NCBI GenBank assembly: GCA_944359055.1
Contig: CALVSO010000003.1
Location: forward strand, 4,832-68,831
Source of the DNA: an uncultured Bacilli bacterium
Lineage (GTDB): Bacteria > Bacillota_I > Bacilli_A > RF39 > UBA660
DNA: 64,000 nucleotides
Direction of reading: 5' to 3'
Shown: piece after piece, positions 27,737-39,015 of the stretch
Layout of the letters: each line of letters starts with the position of its first letter
Numbering within the stretch: position 1 is the stretch's first letter
The notes under the pieces: model-generated
Seen by the model: the letters and a program-made list of their open reading frames with translations, nothing else
What the model was told of the DNA's origin: nothing
Database searches by the model: none
Made by a program: the position numbers and the translations under genes

Positions 27737-30184
27737 TTAAATATTTTCTGTATAATTACATCCTTTATGATAATTAGTACAACCTATAAAATCATAATTC
27801 TTTTTATTACTATGTTTAACAATCAATTCTCCATCACATTTAGGACACTTCTTTATTTCTTTTTTATATTTTAAATTATTAGTTTTAAAACTACATAATT
27901 CTTTATCATTAGAACAAACATATAAATTACTTATTTTAAAACTATTATACTTTCTAATTAATGGATAGCCACACTTTGGACATATATGTGGTTTTTTTGA
28001 TAATTTGATACCTGTTTTATTATATAAGGATACATTATCATATTTAATTATTTCTAAAATAAAATCAGATGGTTTATTAACTGGTGTTAAAATATAAACT
28101 TTATTTTTAGTTCTAGTTAATGCTACATAAAATAATCTTCTTTCTTCCGCAAATATAAATGATTTATCTTCTACATTAATTATTTTCATAATCGGATCAT
28201 CTTTAATTTGAGATGGAAAACCATAAGTTCCATCATCACCATTTAAAATAATTACTTGATCATAACCTAGTCCTTTAGAAGAATGAGCAGATAAAAAATC
28301 AATTTCAAAATTAGGAAATTTTTTAGATTTTATTTTGTCATTACTTATTTCATAAAAATCTTCACTGTTTATTAAATAATATTTTTCAAAATTATATCTA
28401 CCAATTAGTAGTATCTTTTGCTTATCACCAAATTTATTTTGAATATCTTTTAAACAATTATTTAACATATTAACCTTATTTTTTAATTTATTACTTGAAT
28501 CATCATAAGTTATAACCATAACTGGATTTTTTAATCTTTTAGGAGAAACTAATTTCTTTTTAATTTGTTTATTATTAGTCATAACAAACTTACCTGCTAC
28601 ATCAATTAATTGTTGACTATTACGATAAGTATGCGTTATTTGTAACAATTCTGCATAACCCATTAAATCTTTAAATTCTGTAAATAATGATATATCACTT
28701 CCTGCAAAAGCAAATATACTTTGAAAATCATCACCAACAGCTATTATTTTAGAATCACTTACTTCCCCTATTTTTTTTGTTAAATTAAATCGTTGCATCG
28801 AGATATCTTGATACTCATCAATAATCACATATTTATAATTTAATTTAGTATTATCTAATTTATAATAAGCTTCATTTATCATATCTTCAAAGTCAATGTA
28901 ATTATTTATTTTTAATTGTTCTTGATAATAATCATATACCCCTTCGATAAAATTTAAAAATAAATTAGTTCGCTCATCAGTATAAATATGTTTTAATTTA
29001 GAAAAATCTTCTTTCGTATAACCTTTTATTTTAAATCCTTGAATAAAATTTAAACAAAATATTATAAACCTAGTATAATAAACATCTTTAGAAGTATCAA
29101 CTAATTTAGAATATACTTCAATATCTTTTTTCGGATTTAATATAATATTATGTTTTAATAATTGTTCTTTTAAATCTTTTAACAAATCACTACTTGAATA
29201 AGTTTCAATTAAGGTTGTATTATTTAATTTATGTATTTTTCTTTTATTATTAATTTGATATTTATATTTTAAACTATTTATATAACCATATAATTTATTA
29301 TAACCTTGTTTATTTAAACTATAATGTTCTAAATAAAATACTCTTTCTCCTTGATAAATAGTAAAATCTGGTAAATAAGTTTTACTTTTATCTAATTTAG
29401 GATAAGGCTTTTCATATTCATAATCAATATTATTTAAATATAAAAAGTTAGCAATCATTACTTCTTCATTAGATTTTAAAAACTCACCTAAAATAGTATA
29501 CCTTTTATTAGTTCGTTCATCAATTACTTGTTTATTATAATCATTTAATCTTGATTTTAAAGTAATATAATCATTTCTTTTCTTATAATTAAAATATTCA
29601 TTTAGACTATTAAATTTTAAAGCGAAATTAGGTATATCAAAATAAAATACAAAAAATTTTAAAAACTCTTTCAATTTTTTATTATCATTACATAACTCTT
29701 TATCAAAATAATCTTTAACTAAATTATAAGAATTAGTTAATACTTTTAAATGTTCATCCGTATTACTTTTTAATATTTCAACACCAAATTTATGAAATGT
29801 ACAAACTAAAGCTGGTATTTTAAAATCTTTATTAATTCTTTGTTTTAATTCAGATACTGCTTTATTTGTATAAGATATTAATATTATATCTTTAGGATCT
29901 ACTTTTTTTATATCAACTAAAAACTTAACTTTAGCTGCCATAGTAGTAGTTTTACCAGCACCAGCACCTGCTATTATTAAATTATAATCTTCATCAGTTA
30001 GTATTGCGATTCTCTGTTCTTCATCTAGAATAATGTTATCATCTATTCCTTTATACATATTATCAAAATAATCTTTATATTTGATTAATGCTTCCTTAAT
30101 ATATTTTTGATTATGTATTTTTACTTTATCATAATCTAAATTATATCTTTTTATATCTTTTACTGAAATGTATTCAAAAGGCAT
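27737..30184 (-). CDS. UvrD/Rep-family helicase-like protein with C-terminal topoisomerase-type C4 zinc ribbons
   Basis: Walker A IIAGAGAGKTTTMAAK, UvrD-like motifs, and a C-terminus CPKCGYPLIRKY...CPKCDGELIVKH...GCTNYHKGC. Confidence 0.7.
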   Translation of the reverse strand: MPFEYISVKDIKRYNLDYDKVKIHNQKYIKEALIKYKDYFDNMYKGIDDNIILDEEQRIAILTDEDYNLIIAGAGAGKTTTMAAKVKFLVDIKKVDPKDIILISYTNKAVSELKQRINKDFKIPALVCTFHKFGVEILKSNTDEHLKVLTNSYNLVKDYFDKELCNDNKKLKEFLKFFVFYFDIPNFALKFNSLNEYFNYKKRNDYITLKSRLNDYNKQVIDERTNKRYTILGEFLKSNEEVMIANFLYLNNIDYEYEKPYPKLDKSKTYLPDFTIYQGERVFYLEHYSLNKQGYNKLYGYINSLKYKYQINNKRKIHKLNNTTLIETYSSSDLLKDLKEQLLKHNIILNPKKDIEVYSKLVDTSKDVYYTRFIIFCLNFIQGFKIKGYTKEDFSKLKHIYTDERTNLFLNFIEGVYDYYQEQLKINNYIDFEDMINEAYYKLDNTKLNYKYVIIDEYQDISMQRFNLTKKIGEVSDSKIIAVGDDFQSIFAFAGSDISLFTEFKDLMGYAELLQITHTYRNSQQLIDVAGKFVMTNNKQIKKKLVSPKRLKNPVMVITYDDSSNKLKNKVNMLNNCLKDIQNKFGDKQKILLIGRYNFEKYYLINSEDFYEISNDKIKSKKFPNFEIDFLSAHSSKGLGYDQVIILNGDDGTYGFPSQIKDDPIMKIINVEDKSFIFAEERRLFYVALTRTKNKVYILTPVNKPSDFILEIIKYDNVSLYNKTGIKLSKKPHICPKCGYPLIRKYNSFKISNLYVCSNDKELCSFKTNNLKYKKEIKKCPKCDGELIVKHSNKKNYDFIGCTNYHKGCNYTENI

Positions 30185-30292
30185 AATATCACCAAAGTTA
30201 TTATATATTAAATGTTTAAAAAAATCAAAGCAATTAAAAAATGCACAATATTTTTAAAATACTATGCATTTTATTTACACTATTTTGCACAA

Positions 30293-30823
30293 TCATTGTG
30301 CATTTTTAAAATAAATATTATTTTCTTTTTCATATCCTAAATTGGTTATTTCTCCATGACCTGGATATAATGTTATATCATTAGGATATTTTTTTATCTT
30401 ATTTATTGATTCAAACATATCTAATTTATTACTATTTTCTAAATCAATTCTACCTATAGAATCTTTAAATATAAAATCTCCAACAAACATTAATTTATCT
30501 TTTTCAAAATATATAGTAATACAAGTATCATCATGTCCTTTAGTATGAATTACTTTAAATTTAAAATTATTTATACTATATTCTTTTTCTTCTAATTTGT
30601 AATCATATACTTTTACATTATATTTATTAACTAATTCCTTTAAAGCACCTATATGATCAAAATGATAATGCGTAATAATAATTCCAACTGGTTTTAAATT
30701 ACCAATTTCATTTATAATTTTATTTCCTTCATCACCAGGATCAATTATTAAACATTCATTATCAATACTTGCAATATAACAATTTGTTTCTAAATATCCA
30801 ACTTTAACTGTTTTTATTTTCAT
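30293..30823 (-). CDS. MBL-fold metallo-hydrolase
   Basis: HYHFDHIG motif plus downstream H/D ligands; 176 aa. Confidence 0.65.
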   Translation of the reverse strand: MKIKTVKVGYLETNCYIASIDNECLIIDPGDEGNKIINEIGNLKPVGIIITHYHFDHIGALKELVNKYNVKVYDYKLEEKEYSINNFKFKVIHTKGHDDTCITIYFEKDKLMFVGDFIFKDSIGRIDLENSNKLDMFESINKIKKYPNDITLYPGHGEITNLGYEKENNIYFKNAQ

Positions 30824-31306
30824 TTATAACTCCTTTTTCATTTTGTACATTTCAATATCATTTCCTAGTTTCTTATATAAATTATAAGCATCAATATTAT
30901 CTTTAAACACTGATATTTCAACTATTTTAACATTATTATCTTTGCACCATTCATAAAACTTGTTTATTAAAGAAGTTGCGATTCCTTTTTTACGATAACT
31001 ATCTAGTACATATAAAGCATCTATTTGAGCAACAGTTTTATAAAATAAATTGCTTGTAACAGATTTTATATAACCATAAATAAATCCTACCGGTTTATCA
31101 TTATCATAAACTGCAAATAAAATATTGTTTTCTTTTTTATATAAATTAACATAATTATTCGTAACAACAAAATCTTCTTTTACATTATTATCATATATTC
31201 TTTCATATTGGACTAATTTAGTTAATAGATTATCACAATCCTTAGCCATTTGATCATTATTTACCTTTTTTATTTCAAACATCATTATTCTCCTTAATAA
31301 TTGCAT
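30824..31306 (-). CDS. GNAT family N-acetyltransferase
   Basis: Acetyl-CoA-binding motif YVLDSYRKKGIATSLI; 160 aa. Confidence 0.65.
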   Translation of the reverse strand: MQLLRRIMMFEIKKVNNDQMAKDCDNLLTKLVQYERIYDNNVKEDFVVTNNYVNLYKKENNILFAVYDNDKPVGFIYGYIKSVTSNLFYKTVAQIDALYVLDSYRKKGIATSLINKFYEWCKDNNVKIVEISVFKDNIDAYNLYKKLGNDIEMYKMKKEL

Positions 31307-32171
31307 CTTTAAATATTTCTTTAATTATTTTTTCTTTTAAATAAATTGGTAGAGGGCTCCCTGAAGCATTGAAATGGCCACCACCATTATATTTTTTAGC
31401 TATTACACTTAAATCAACTTTGTTGTTACCACGATAACTAATACTTTTATCAACATTGATTAATATGACATAATCTAAATAATCATATTTATTAACTAAA
31501 TAATTACCTAATTCACTCATATTTCGTTCAGCAAATACTACTCCCACTTTTTTATTATCTAAAGATATTTCAATTATTTCTTTTTCTTCAATATATCTTT
31601 TTATTCTTAAATTTTCTAGTTCAATTAAATTTAAATCTTCCTTACTATATAATTCATTACTATTAATTATTACATTATAAAATTTGTCTATAAATAATTC
31701 TCTACCATATATTTTAAATAATACTACAATATTATTAGCTTCCTCTTTGCTTGTAATGCTAAAATCATAAGTATCCATTGTTCTTACATGTTCAACTAAT
31801 TTTTTAGTTACATCTTTATTTAATAAATCATTATTATACTTTTCTAATAAAAACTTATAATACAAAGTAGTACCAGATTGTTTAATACCATCAACATCAA
31901 CTACTTTAATAAATGGATATTTATTCATATGAATATTACTTAAATGATGATCAAATACTAAAACATTTTTATTATTAATTAAAATATAATTAGCAGTTTC
32001 TTCACTAATATTTAAATCAACTACAATAATTTCTTCATCGATATTATCCATTACAAATTTATCAACTTCATCTATATCAGCTAAAATATATTTAAAATCC
32101 TTAAATACTAATTTAGATAATATAACTGGTGTAACACCATCTGGATCTGCTTTATGACTAATTATTAGCAT
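31275..32171 (-). CDS. DHH/DHHA1 phosphoesterase (NrnA-like)
   Basis: N-terminal DHH-type fold, C-terminal GGGH motif (YNGGGHFNASG). Confidence 0.65.
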   Translation of the reverse strand: MLIISHKADPDGVTPVILSKLVFKDFKYILADIDEVDKFVMDNIDEEIIVVDLNISEETANYILINNKNVLVFDHHLSNIHMNKYPFIKVVDVDGIKQSGTTLYYKFLLEKYNNDLLNKDVTKKLVEHVRTMDTYDFSITSKEEANNIVVLFKIYGRELFIDKFYNVIINSNELYSKEDLNLIELENLRIKRYIEEKEIIEISLDNKKVGVVFAERNMSELGNYLVNKYDYLDYVILINVDKSISYRGNNKVDLSVIAKKYNGGGHFNASGSPLPIYLKEKIIKEIFKDAIIKENNDV

Positions 32172-32784
32172 CTAATACCTCCTTTATTGGACCATAAGAT
32201 TTTCTATATCCATCAATTAATCCATATTTATGAATTGCTTCAATATGTTTTTTAGTAGGATATCCTTTATGAGAAGCAAAACCATACATAGGATATTTTT
32301 CATCTAATTCATACATCATACTATCACGAGTTACTTTAGCAATTACACTGGCTGCTGCAATAGAAATACTTTTAGCGTCCCCCTTAATAATACTAGTAGT
32401 TGGAATATCTAAATTAATCGGCATAGCATCAATTAAAACATGCTCTAAATTAATTTGTTCTCTTACTTTATTTATAGATATAATCATTGCTTTTCTACTT
32501 GCTTCATAAATATTTATTTCATCTATCTCTTCTGGTGATACAACACCTACTGCGTATGCTACACAATGATTAATTATATAATCATAAAACAAATTTCTTT
32601 TTTTTTCGGATAATTTTTTTGAATCAGTTAACCCTTCTAGTACAAAATCTTTTGGTAATACAACACAACTAGCAACAACAGGTCCTATTAAAGGGCCACG
32701 CCCTACTTCATCTACTCCACCTATATACTTAATACCTTTATCATATAATTCATTTTCATATTCATATAAATCCATTTTTATCAC
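32158..32784 (-). CDS. rnhB: ribonuclease HII
   Basis: GVDEVGRGPLIGPVV catalytic motif; length and architecture typical of RnhB. Confidence 0.85.
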   Translation of the reverse strand: MIKMDLYEYENELYDKGIKYIGGVDEVGRGPLIGPVVASCVVLPKDFVLEGLTDSKKLSEKKRNLFYDYIINHCVAYAVGVVSPEEIDEINIYEASRKAMIISINKVREQINLEHVLIDAMPINLDIPTTSIIKGDAKSISIAAASVIAKVTRDSMMYELDEKYPMYGFASHKGYPTKKHIEAIHKYGLIDGYRKSYGPIKEVLDANN

Positions 32785-32905
32785 CTTATTTATTATATCA
32801 TTTTTATGTGTAAAATTTTAAATTTTTTTAAAATTTGCTATTACACGAAAAATTTTTTTGTACTATAATCGATAAATTTATTTAATTTATATACATTATA
32901 AATTC

Positions 32906-33028
32906 CATACCAATAGTGATTGGCATAATCTAAATCATTATGATATTGCTATCAATGTTGATTCATTAGGTGTTGAAAAAACAGCAGAATTATTAAAAAA
33001 TATTATATTAGAAAAAAACTTACATTAA
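32906..33028 (+). pseudogene. possible C-terminal remnant of a small nucleotide kinase gene in a 470 bp intergenic region
   Basis: Open frame HTNSDWHNLNHYDIAINVDSLGVEKTAELLKNIILEKNLH with a stop upstream. It resembles kinase C-termini such as DSTNLTIDEVVEKFIEVIK of the cmk in this window. A bidirectional terminator follows at 33011-33042. Confidence 0.2.
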
Positions 33029-33251
33029 TTTGTAAGTTTTTTTAACCAGTAATCAAATTATTTTCATGAATTATAACTTAAAATAGTAATATAAATTTAC
33101 TGTTAATTATTATTGTTTGGATTATTGATCCTTCTTTTTTTACTAATTTTGGTACTTATTATTCTATTTTATAAGAAAACAAATCTAAATACCTTTTATT
33201 TTAAGAAATCTTTTGGTTTAATTATTAATTGTCTTTCTTAGAATTATTAGC

Positions 33252-33962
33252 TTACTCAACAGCATTTATCATTAAATATTTATATTTTTCATCTTTATTA
33301 ATGACTTTAATTATTCCTTTTGATATTAGTTCATCTATGCGCTCCATAAAAATTAAATCTATATAGAAGCCACATAATTTCTCCGAAATACATTTTCCTA
33401 CCAATTCTAAATATTCAATTTTTTTCTCTATTTTTATAAAATTTATTATCATACTATCCAAGTAATCAAATGAAAATGACATTAACTTTCCATAATTTAA
33501 AACTCGTAAATCATTATTTTCTTTAACTAAATCATCCCAAATTTTTTTATAATTTATTTTTTCATTATTATCTAAAAGAATTGTATTTTTAGACAATTCT
33601 TTTATTTCACTTGATGTATAACTGCTAAATGAAAAATGATCTTTATTTGCAATATCACAAATAAATATATCAATATTTTTATTACAAAAATAAGATATTA
33701 AAAAATATAACGAACACATATCTTCATTATCTAAAGATGAATACCAAATACGAATTTGTGTTTCTTTTATAGATTTTAGTTTTTCTATTTCACTATTTAC
33801 TGGAATAGTAACATTTTTTAATATTTTAATTTTATAATCTGTCAAACATTTAATATTCCCATAACTGAGAACACAACAAAAAGTCATAACATTATTAAAT
33901 CCAGCACTTTTTAATAAATTTTCACCATATCCATCTATTATAATTTCTAACATTTTTTTCAA
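33252..33962 (-). CDS. hypothetical protein
   Basis: 236 aa ORF with no recognisable motif. Confidence 0.4.
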   Translation of the reverse strand: MKKMLEIIIDGYGENLLKSAGFNNVMTFCCVLSYGNIKCLTDYKIKILKNVTIPVNSEIEKLKSIKETQIRIWYSSLDNEDMCSLYFLISYFCNKNIDIFICDIANKDHFSFSSYTSSEIKELSKNTILLDNNEKINYKKIWDDLVKENNDLRVLNYGKLMSFSFDYLDSMIINFIKIEKKIEYLELVGKCISEKLCGFYIDLIFMERIDELISKGIIKVINKDEKYKYLMINAVE

Positions 33963-34076
33963 TTTCTTATCTCCTTTATTTTTTTATTTATATTTTATTC
34001 TATATAATAGAAAAACTAATCCATTTCTGAATTAGCTATTTATCAAAACTCAAAAATTTCGAGTTTCATATCATAT

Positions 34077-34151
34077 TGGAGGGCCCAGCCGGACTTGAAC
34101 CGACGCTCGGGGAGTTGCAGTCCCATGCCTTACCAACTTGGCTATGGACCC
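34077..34151 (-). tRNA. tRNA-Cys (GCA), CCA encoded
   Basis: Reverse complement GGGTCCATAGCCAAGTTGGTAAGGCATGGGACTGCAACTCCCCGAGCGTCGGTTCAAGTCCGGCTGGGCCCTCCA. Acceptor pairing, T-loop GGTTCAAGTCC, anticodon loop CUGCAAC. Confidence 0.8.
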
Positions 34152-34212
34152 GTGTAAATAAATTATAGCAAAATATTTTTACTTAATCAAGTATTTTACT
34201 ATAATTTATTCA

Positions 34213-35961
34213 TTATTTAAACAAATTATACCTAATTATATTATTTGATATTTCAATTAAGTTTCTTGCATATTCTTCTTTTTCTTTTATATAATTAGAA
34301 TCTACACTTTCATACATTTTATATTCACTTAATTGATTATTATAATATATTTTATCTGTTAACCAATTACCATTTGGAAAAACTACAATATTGTCTTCTA
34401 CACTAAATATGTCATTACCTAAAGCATATTTTGTATCAACACCAAACATATTACCAATAGTAGGCATAACATCAATAGCTCCCATTACTTTATCTATTTC
34501 TTTATGTTTAATATCTTTACTCCATATTATTAAAGGAACTTTAGTCAACTGCTCATATTCATAAAAATCTATTTCCTTACCTAAATATTCTTCATATTCT
34601 TTTTGAGAAAATTTTGCATCATGATCACCATAAATAACTAATACTGTATTATCAAGATTAACTTTATTTATAAATTCACCTATTGCTTCATCAGCATAAT
34701 GAACCAATTTAATATAATTTCCTATTCTAGTACCTTCAGCATTTTCTACATTGAAATCAATTCCTTCAGTATAAAACGGAGTATGATTAGATAACATAAT
34801 TAAAGTTCCGTAATATTTATCATACTCTAAATTATTAATTATATCAGCTGATTGAATAAAAAATGATTTATCAGATAGTCCTAAACCTAATTGTTCAGTT
34901 AAATCATAAGTATCATAACAATAATAGTAATCATAGCCTATTTTTTGATACATTTTATCTCTATTCCAATAATTACATGTATTACCATGCATACTAAAAG
35001 TATAATAACCATTATTTTTAAATAATTTAATTAACGAATTGTATTCATTTTTATCATAACTAGTAAATACTGTTCCTGTTCCTATTGGAAGTAATGAATT
35101 AGTAATAGCTAGTTCGGTATCACTACTTGTTCCAACACTTTCTTCAGAATAATAATTATTAAAATAAATTCCTTCATTTTTCAATTTGTATAGGTTTGGT
35201 GTTATAGTTTCATTTATAAACATACTTTGAATACTTTCAGCATGAATAAACAAAATATTTTTATCTTTAAATATATTAGTGTATTCATTTGTTTTAGTTT
35301 CTTTATTACTATAAAACTCTTCGACTTCTTCTTTAGCTTCAGTATATCCACATTTTGGACACATAAATTTAGATGCTACATAAAATATATCATTTAATTG
35401 ATAGGTATAAACACCTAAATTTCTTACAACATACGCTTTATTCCAATCATGTTTTAACCTGTATATATCATTAGAATTAATTGTTAATAAAGATATTACT
35501 AAAATAGTAAAATAAACTGTAAAACTCTTTTTAAACATATTAATATCTTTAGTTTTATTACTTTTCTTGTATAAAACAATCATTAAAATTATTTGCCAAA
35601 GAAAAATAAAATCAATTATTTTAAATGTTCCAGTTATTGCTTCAGAAGGAAGTCTTAACGCTTGTACAAATGCTTCTAATAAATAAATTGAAGCAAAGTC
35701 ATTAAAATTATTATAGTATAATGAATTAATTGTACAAATAGCAGTTAAAACAATAGAAAATATTAAAAAATATAAATTTCTTTTTTTTATTAAAAATGAG
35801 AAACTATAAATAAAAAGTAATAAAGTTAAATCAAATAATAGATATTTTAAGCTTATAAAACCTGTCGTTAAATAAATTAATATACTACTATTTATTAAAC
35901 TAGATATAATAAATATAACACCATAATCTTTTAATGATGATGAAATATTAAACTTATGCAT
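34213..35961 (-). CDS. ltaS: LTA synthase family protein (polytopic N-terminus plus extracellular sulfatase-like domain)
   Basis: 5 TM helices followed by an alkaline-phosphatase/sulfatase-like domain, about 580 aa. Confidence 0.75.
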   Translation of the reverse strand: MHKFNISSSLKDYGVIFIISSLINSSILIYLTTGFISLKYLLFDLTLLLFIYSFSFLIKKRNLYFLIFSIVLTAICTINSLYYNNFNDFASIYLLEAFVQALRLPSEAITGTFKIIDFIFLWQIILMIVLYKKSNKTKDINMFKKSFTVYFTILVISLLTINSNDIYRLKHDWNKAYVVRNLGVYTYQLNDIFYVASKFMCPKCGYTEAKEEVEEFYSNKETKTNEYTNIFKDKNILFIHAESIQSMFINETITPNLYKLKNEGIYFNNYYSEESVGTSSDTELAITNSLLPIGTGTVFTSYDKNEYNSLIKLFKNNGYYTFSMHGNTCNYWNRDKMYQKIGYDYYYCYDTYDLTEQLGLGLSDKSFFIQSADIINNLEYDKYYGTLIMLSNHTPFYTEGIDFNVENAEGTRIGNYIKLVHYADEAIGEFINKVNLDNTVLVIYGDHDAKFSQKEYEEYLGKEIDFYEYEQLTKVPLIIWSKDIKHKEIDKVMGAIDVMPTIGNMFGVDTKYALGNDIFSVEDNIVVFPNGNWLTDKIYYNNQLSEYKMYESVDSNYIKEKEEYARNLIEISNNIIRYNLFK

Positions 35962-36638
35962 ATTATCAAAGCTCCTATTATAAATCCTGTTATATTATTT
36001 TTTTTATTTTGATGTTTTAAATGTTCTAGTAATTCAAAAAATACAATATATACTAGCATTCCTAATGTTATAGCAAACATAACCCCAATAAAGAATTCAC
36101 TAACATCACCTATCAAATATAATATAAATGATCCAATAAAAGTAGATAGTGATATTACAAAACTTATTAAAATTATTTTTATTTTACTATATTTCGCATC
36201 TTTTAATGTACTACCTATTACCATTCCTAATGGAATATTATGTAAACCAATACCTATTCCTAATAAAATACCTAAATTAAAGTTTTTATTTAAAGTAGAA
36301 TATAAAATCATTCCTTCAATCAAATTATGAATAATTAAAGCTATAGAAGACATTAATCCGATATGGAAAACATGTTCTTTATGATTAGAGTGTTCATGAT
36401 CTGGAATAAATATATCTAATAATTTTAATAGTACAAATCCTATTAAAGCAAATATTATCATATTAAAATAGTTAATATGTTCTAAAGTATGGGGTATTAC
36501 TTCTAAAAATATTAAACAAAACAAAACACTAAAAGCAATACTAATAGATAATTCTGATATTTTTTTCTTTCTTTTAAATAATAATATAATAATAGTACCT
36601 AATAAAACTGTTAATCCAAATAAAAATGTAATAAACAT
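35931..36638 (-). CDS. ZIP family metal transporter (ZupT-like)
   Basis: 8 TM; HNIPLGMVIGS and HEHS His-rich motifs. Confidence 0.7.
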   Translation of the reverse strand: MFITFLFGLTVLLGTIIILLFKRKKKISELSISIAFSVLFCLIFLEVIPHTLEHINYFNMIIFALIGFVLLKLLDIFIPDHEHSNHKEHVFHIGLMSSIALIIHNLIEGMILYSTLNKNFNLGILLGIGIGLHNIPLGMVIGSTLKDAKYSKIKIILISFVISLSTFIGSFILYLIGDVSEFFIGVMFAITLGMLVYIVFFELLEHLKHQNKKNNITGFIIGALIICISLIFHHH

Positions 36639-36642
36639 ATAA

Positions 36643-38892
36643 TCACTCCTTAAACAACTTAGGATATTTTTTAATTAATTTATCCACAAAAATACTCATC
36701 AAGCTAAATATTATAGTCGATATAAATACTAATATCAAGATAAAAATAAACATTTTTAAATTTAAAATAGTTAATGAGAAAAATTCTCTAAAACCAACTA
36801 TTGTAGTTATAAAACCAATTATTAATGAAACAATTAAGACAAATCTTAATTTATTTAAAGGATAACATATTTTAAATAAAAGTAAAAACCCTGTAAAACC
36901 AGTCATTAATACACATAAGGTTGATATTTGGTTATTGTTTAATTTAAATAAATTACCTAAAATAGCCAAAATAATAATATTTAAAACAATAGTCAATGAA
37001 GCAGGTAAAGCTTTACTAAAAACATTAATTAAAAAGTTGCCTTTAATTCGATTATTATTAGGTTCTAAAGCTAAAATAAATGAAGGAACACCAATTGTAA
37101 AAAAGTTAGTTAATGTTAATTGAATTGGTTCAAAAGGATAATTAAAACTTACAAACATAAATATTAAAACTAATAAAAATGAATAAGTTGTTTTTGCTAA
37201 AAATAAAGTAGCACTTCTTTCAATATTATTAATTGTTCTTCTTCCTTCTTTTATAATACTTGGAATTGCGTCAAAATCATCATCTAATAAAACTAATTGA
37301 CTTACATTTCTAGCTGCATCTGTCCCACTCTTAATAGTAATACTACAGTCTGCTTGTTTTAAAGCTAAAACATCATTAACGCCATCACCAGTCATTGCTA
37401 CAAAATGATTGTTACTTTGTAACTGTTCTATTATTTTCTTTTTCTCTATTGGCGTTACCCTTGCAAAAACATTATATTTATTTATATCATCAATTTCTTC
37501 TTTTGATAAATCAATTCCTTTAACACTTAATCCAACATTATTAGCTATTTTACTAATAGTTTTTAAATTATCTCCAGATATAATTTTTATATCAACATTT
37601 TGATTTTTTAAATAATTCAACATTTTTTTAGCATTTTTTCTTATTTCATCTTTTAGAACAATAATACCAATTGGTAAATCATCTTTAGTTATTAATAATG
37701 TTCTATTATCTTGATTATTAATAACTTCTTTTATTTTATTTTTACATAAAAATTCCGGAGCTCCTATTAAAAACTTACCTTCTTCAAACTCTACTCCACT
37801 ATATTTATTAATTGGTGAAAACGGTATTTTTTTAATAACTTTATAATTATCATATTTTTTAAAATAATTTTCTAAAGCATCACTAGTGGCATTATCAGAA
37901 TCTAATGTATTTACTATATTCCCCATTATTTCATTTAAATCATAATCTTCTAATTTAATAACATCGATTACTTCCATCTTACCACTTGTAATAGTACCTG
38001 TTTTATCTAAACAAATTGTATCAACTCTAGCTAACATTTCAATACAATATAATTCTTGAACTAAAACATTTAATCTAGCTAATCTAATTACGGAAACAGC
38101 TAAAACAGTACTAGTTAATAATACTAATCCTTCAGGTATCATACCTAGTAAAGCTGCTACAGTATTAACAATTGAAGATTCTAAATTTTTATCTAAATTA
38201 TATTGATTAAAAAACAATAATAAACCTAATGGAATAATAAATATAGAAACTAATTTAATTATTTTATTTAAAGAATTCATTAATATAGAATTTAATGGTT
38301 TTACATATTTAGCATCTTTACTTATCGTGTTAACATAATTATCATTACCAACATGAATTACTTTAGCTATTACTTTACCTACTACTACAAAACTACCTGA
38401 TTTTAATTCATCATCTTTTTTATAACTTACTAAATCAGATTCACCAGTTATAAAAGCTTCATTTACTTCAACACTACCTTCTAGTATAATACAATCAGTT
38501 ACAATTTGATTACCAGCTTTTAAAATAATTATATCATCTACTACAATATCTTCATTATCAATATTAACAATCTTATTATCTCTTATAACATTAGATTTTA
38601 AAGAGGTAATAATTGATAATTTATCAACAATTCTTTTAGATCTTATTTCTTGAACCATACTTATTAAAGCATTACATACTACAATACCCATAAATAATAA
38701 GTTTTTATAAGAACTAACAAAAAATATTAATAGCGCTAAAATAAAATTTAATAAATTAAATAAAGTAAAAATATTATCAGTTATTATTTTTAAAATACTT
38801 TTAGTTGGAACTACTTTATTTTTATTCGTTAAACCTTTTTTTACTCTTTCATTTACTTCTTTATTATTTAATCCTTTATAATTATGTTCCAT
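36643..38892 (-). CDS. cation-transporting P-type ATPase
   Basis: ICLDKTGTITSGKM phosphorylation motif, MTGDGVNDVLALKQADCSI hinge, TGES-like actuator region. Confidence 0.85.
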   Translation of the reverse strand: MEHNYKGLNNKEVNERVKKGLTNKNKVVPTKSILKIITDNIFTLFNLLNFILALLIFFVSSYKNLLFMGIVVCNALISMVQEIRSKRIVDKLSIITSLKSNVIRDNKIVNIDNEDIVVDDIIILKAGNQIVTDCIILEGSVEVNEAFITGESDLVSYKKDDELKSGSFVVVGKVIAKVIHVGNDNYVNTISKDAKYVKPLNSILMNSLNKIIKLVSIFIIPLGLLLFFNQYNLDKNLESSIVNTVAALLGMIPEGLVLLTSTVLAVSVIRLARLNVLVQELYCIEMLARVDTICLDKTGTITSGKMEVIDVIKLEDYDLNEIMGNIVNTLDSDNATSDALENYFKKYDNYKVIKKIPFSPINKYSGVEFEEGKFLIGAPEFLCKNKIKEVINNQDNRTLLITKDDLPIGIIVLKDEIRKNAKKMLNYLKNQNVDIKIISGDNLKTISKIANNVGLSVKGIDLSKEEIDDINKYNVFARVTPIEKKKIIEQLQSNNHFVAMTGDGVNDVLALKQADCSITIKSGTDAARNVSQLVLLDDDFDAIPSIIKEGRRTINNIERSATLFLAKTTYSFLLVLIFMFVSFNYPFEPIQLTLTNFFTIGVPSFILALEPNNNRIKGNFLINVFSKALPASLTIVLNIIILAILGNLFKLNNNQISTLCVLMTGFTGFLLLFKICYPLNKLRFVLIVSLIIGFITTIVGFREFFSLTILNLKMFIFILILVFISTIIFSLMSIFVDKLIKKYPKLFKE

Positions 38893-39015
38893 AATATTAC
38901 CTCTTTATTATTTTATCACACCAACAAAATTATATCAAAAAAAACTAATATTTTTAATTACAAATTTGTAATATTAATTATCATTTGTTTATAAATTATT
39001 ATATCAATAAAAAAG

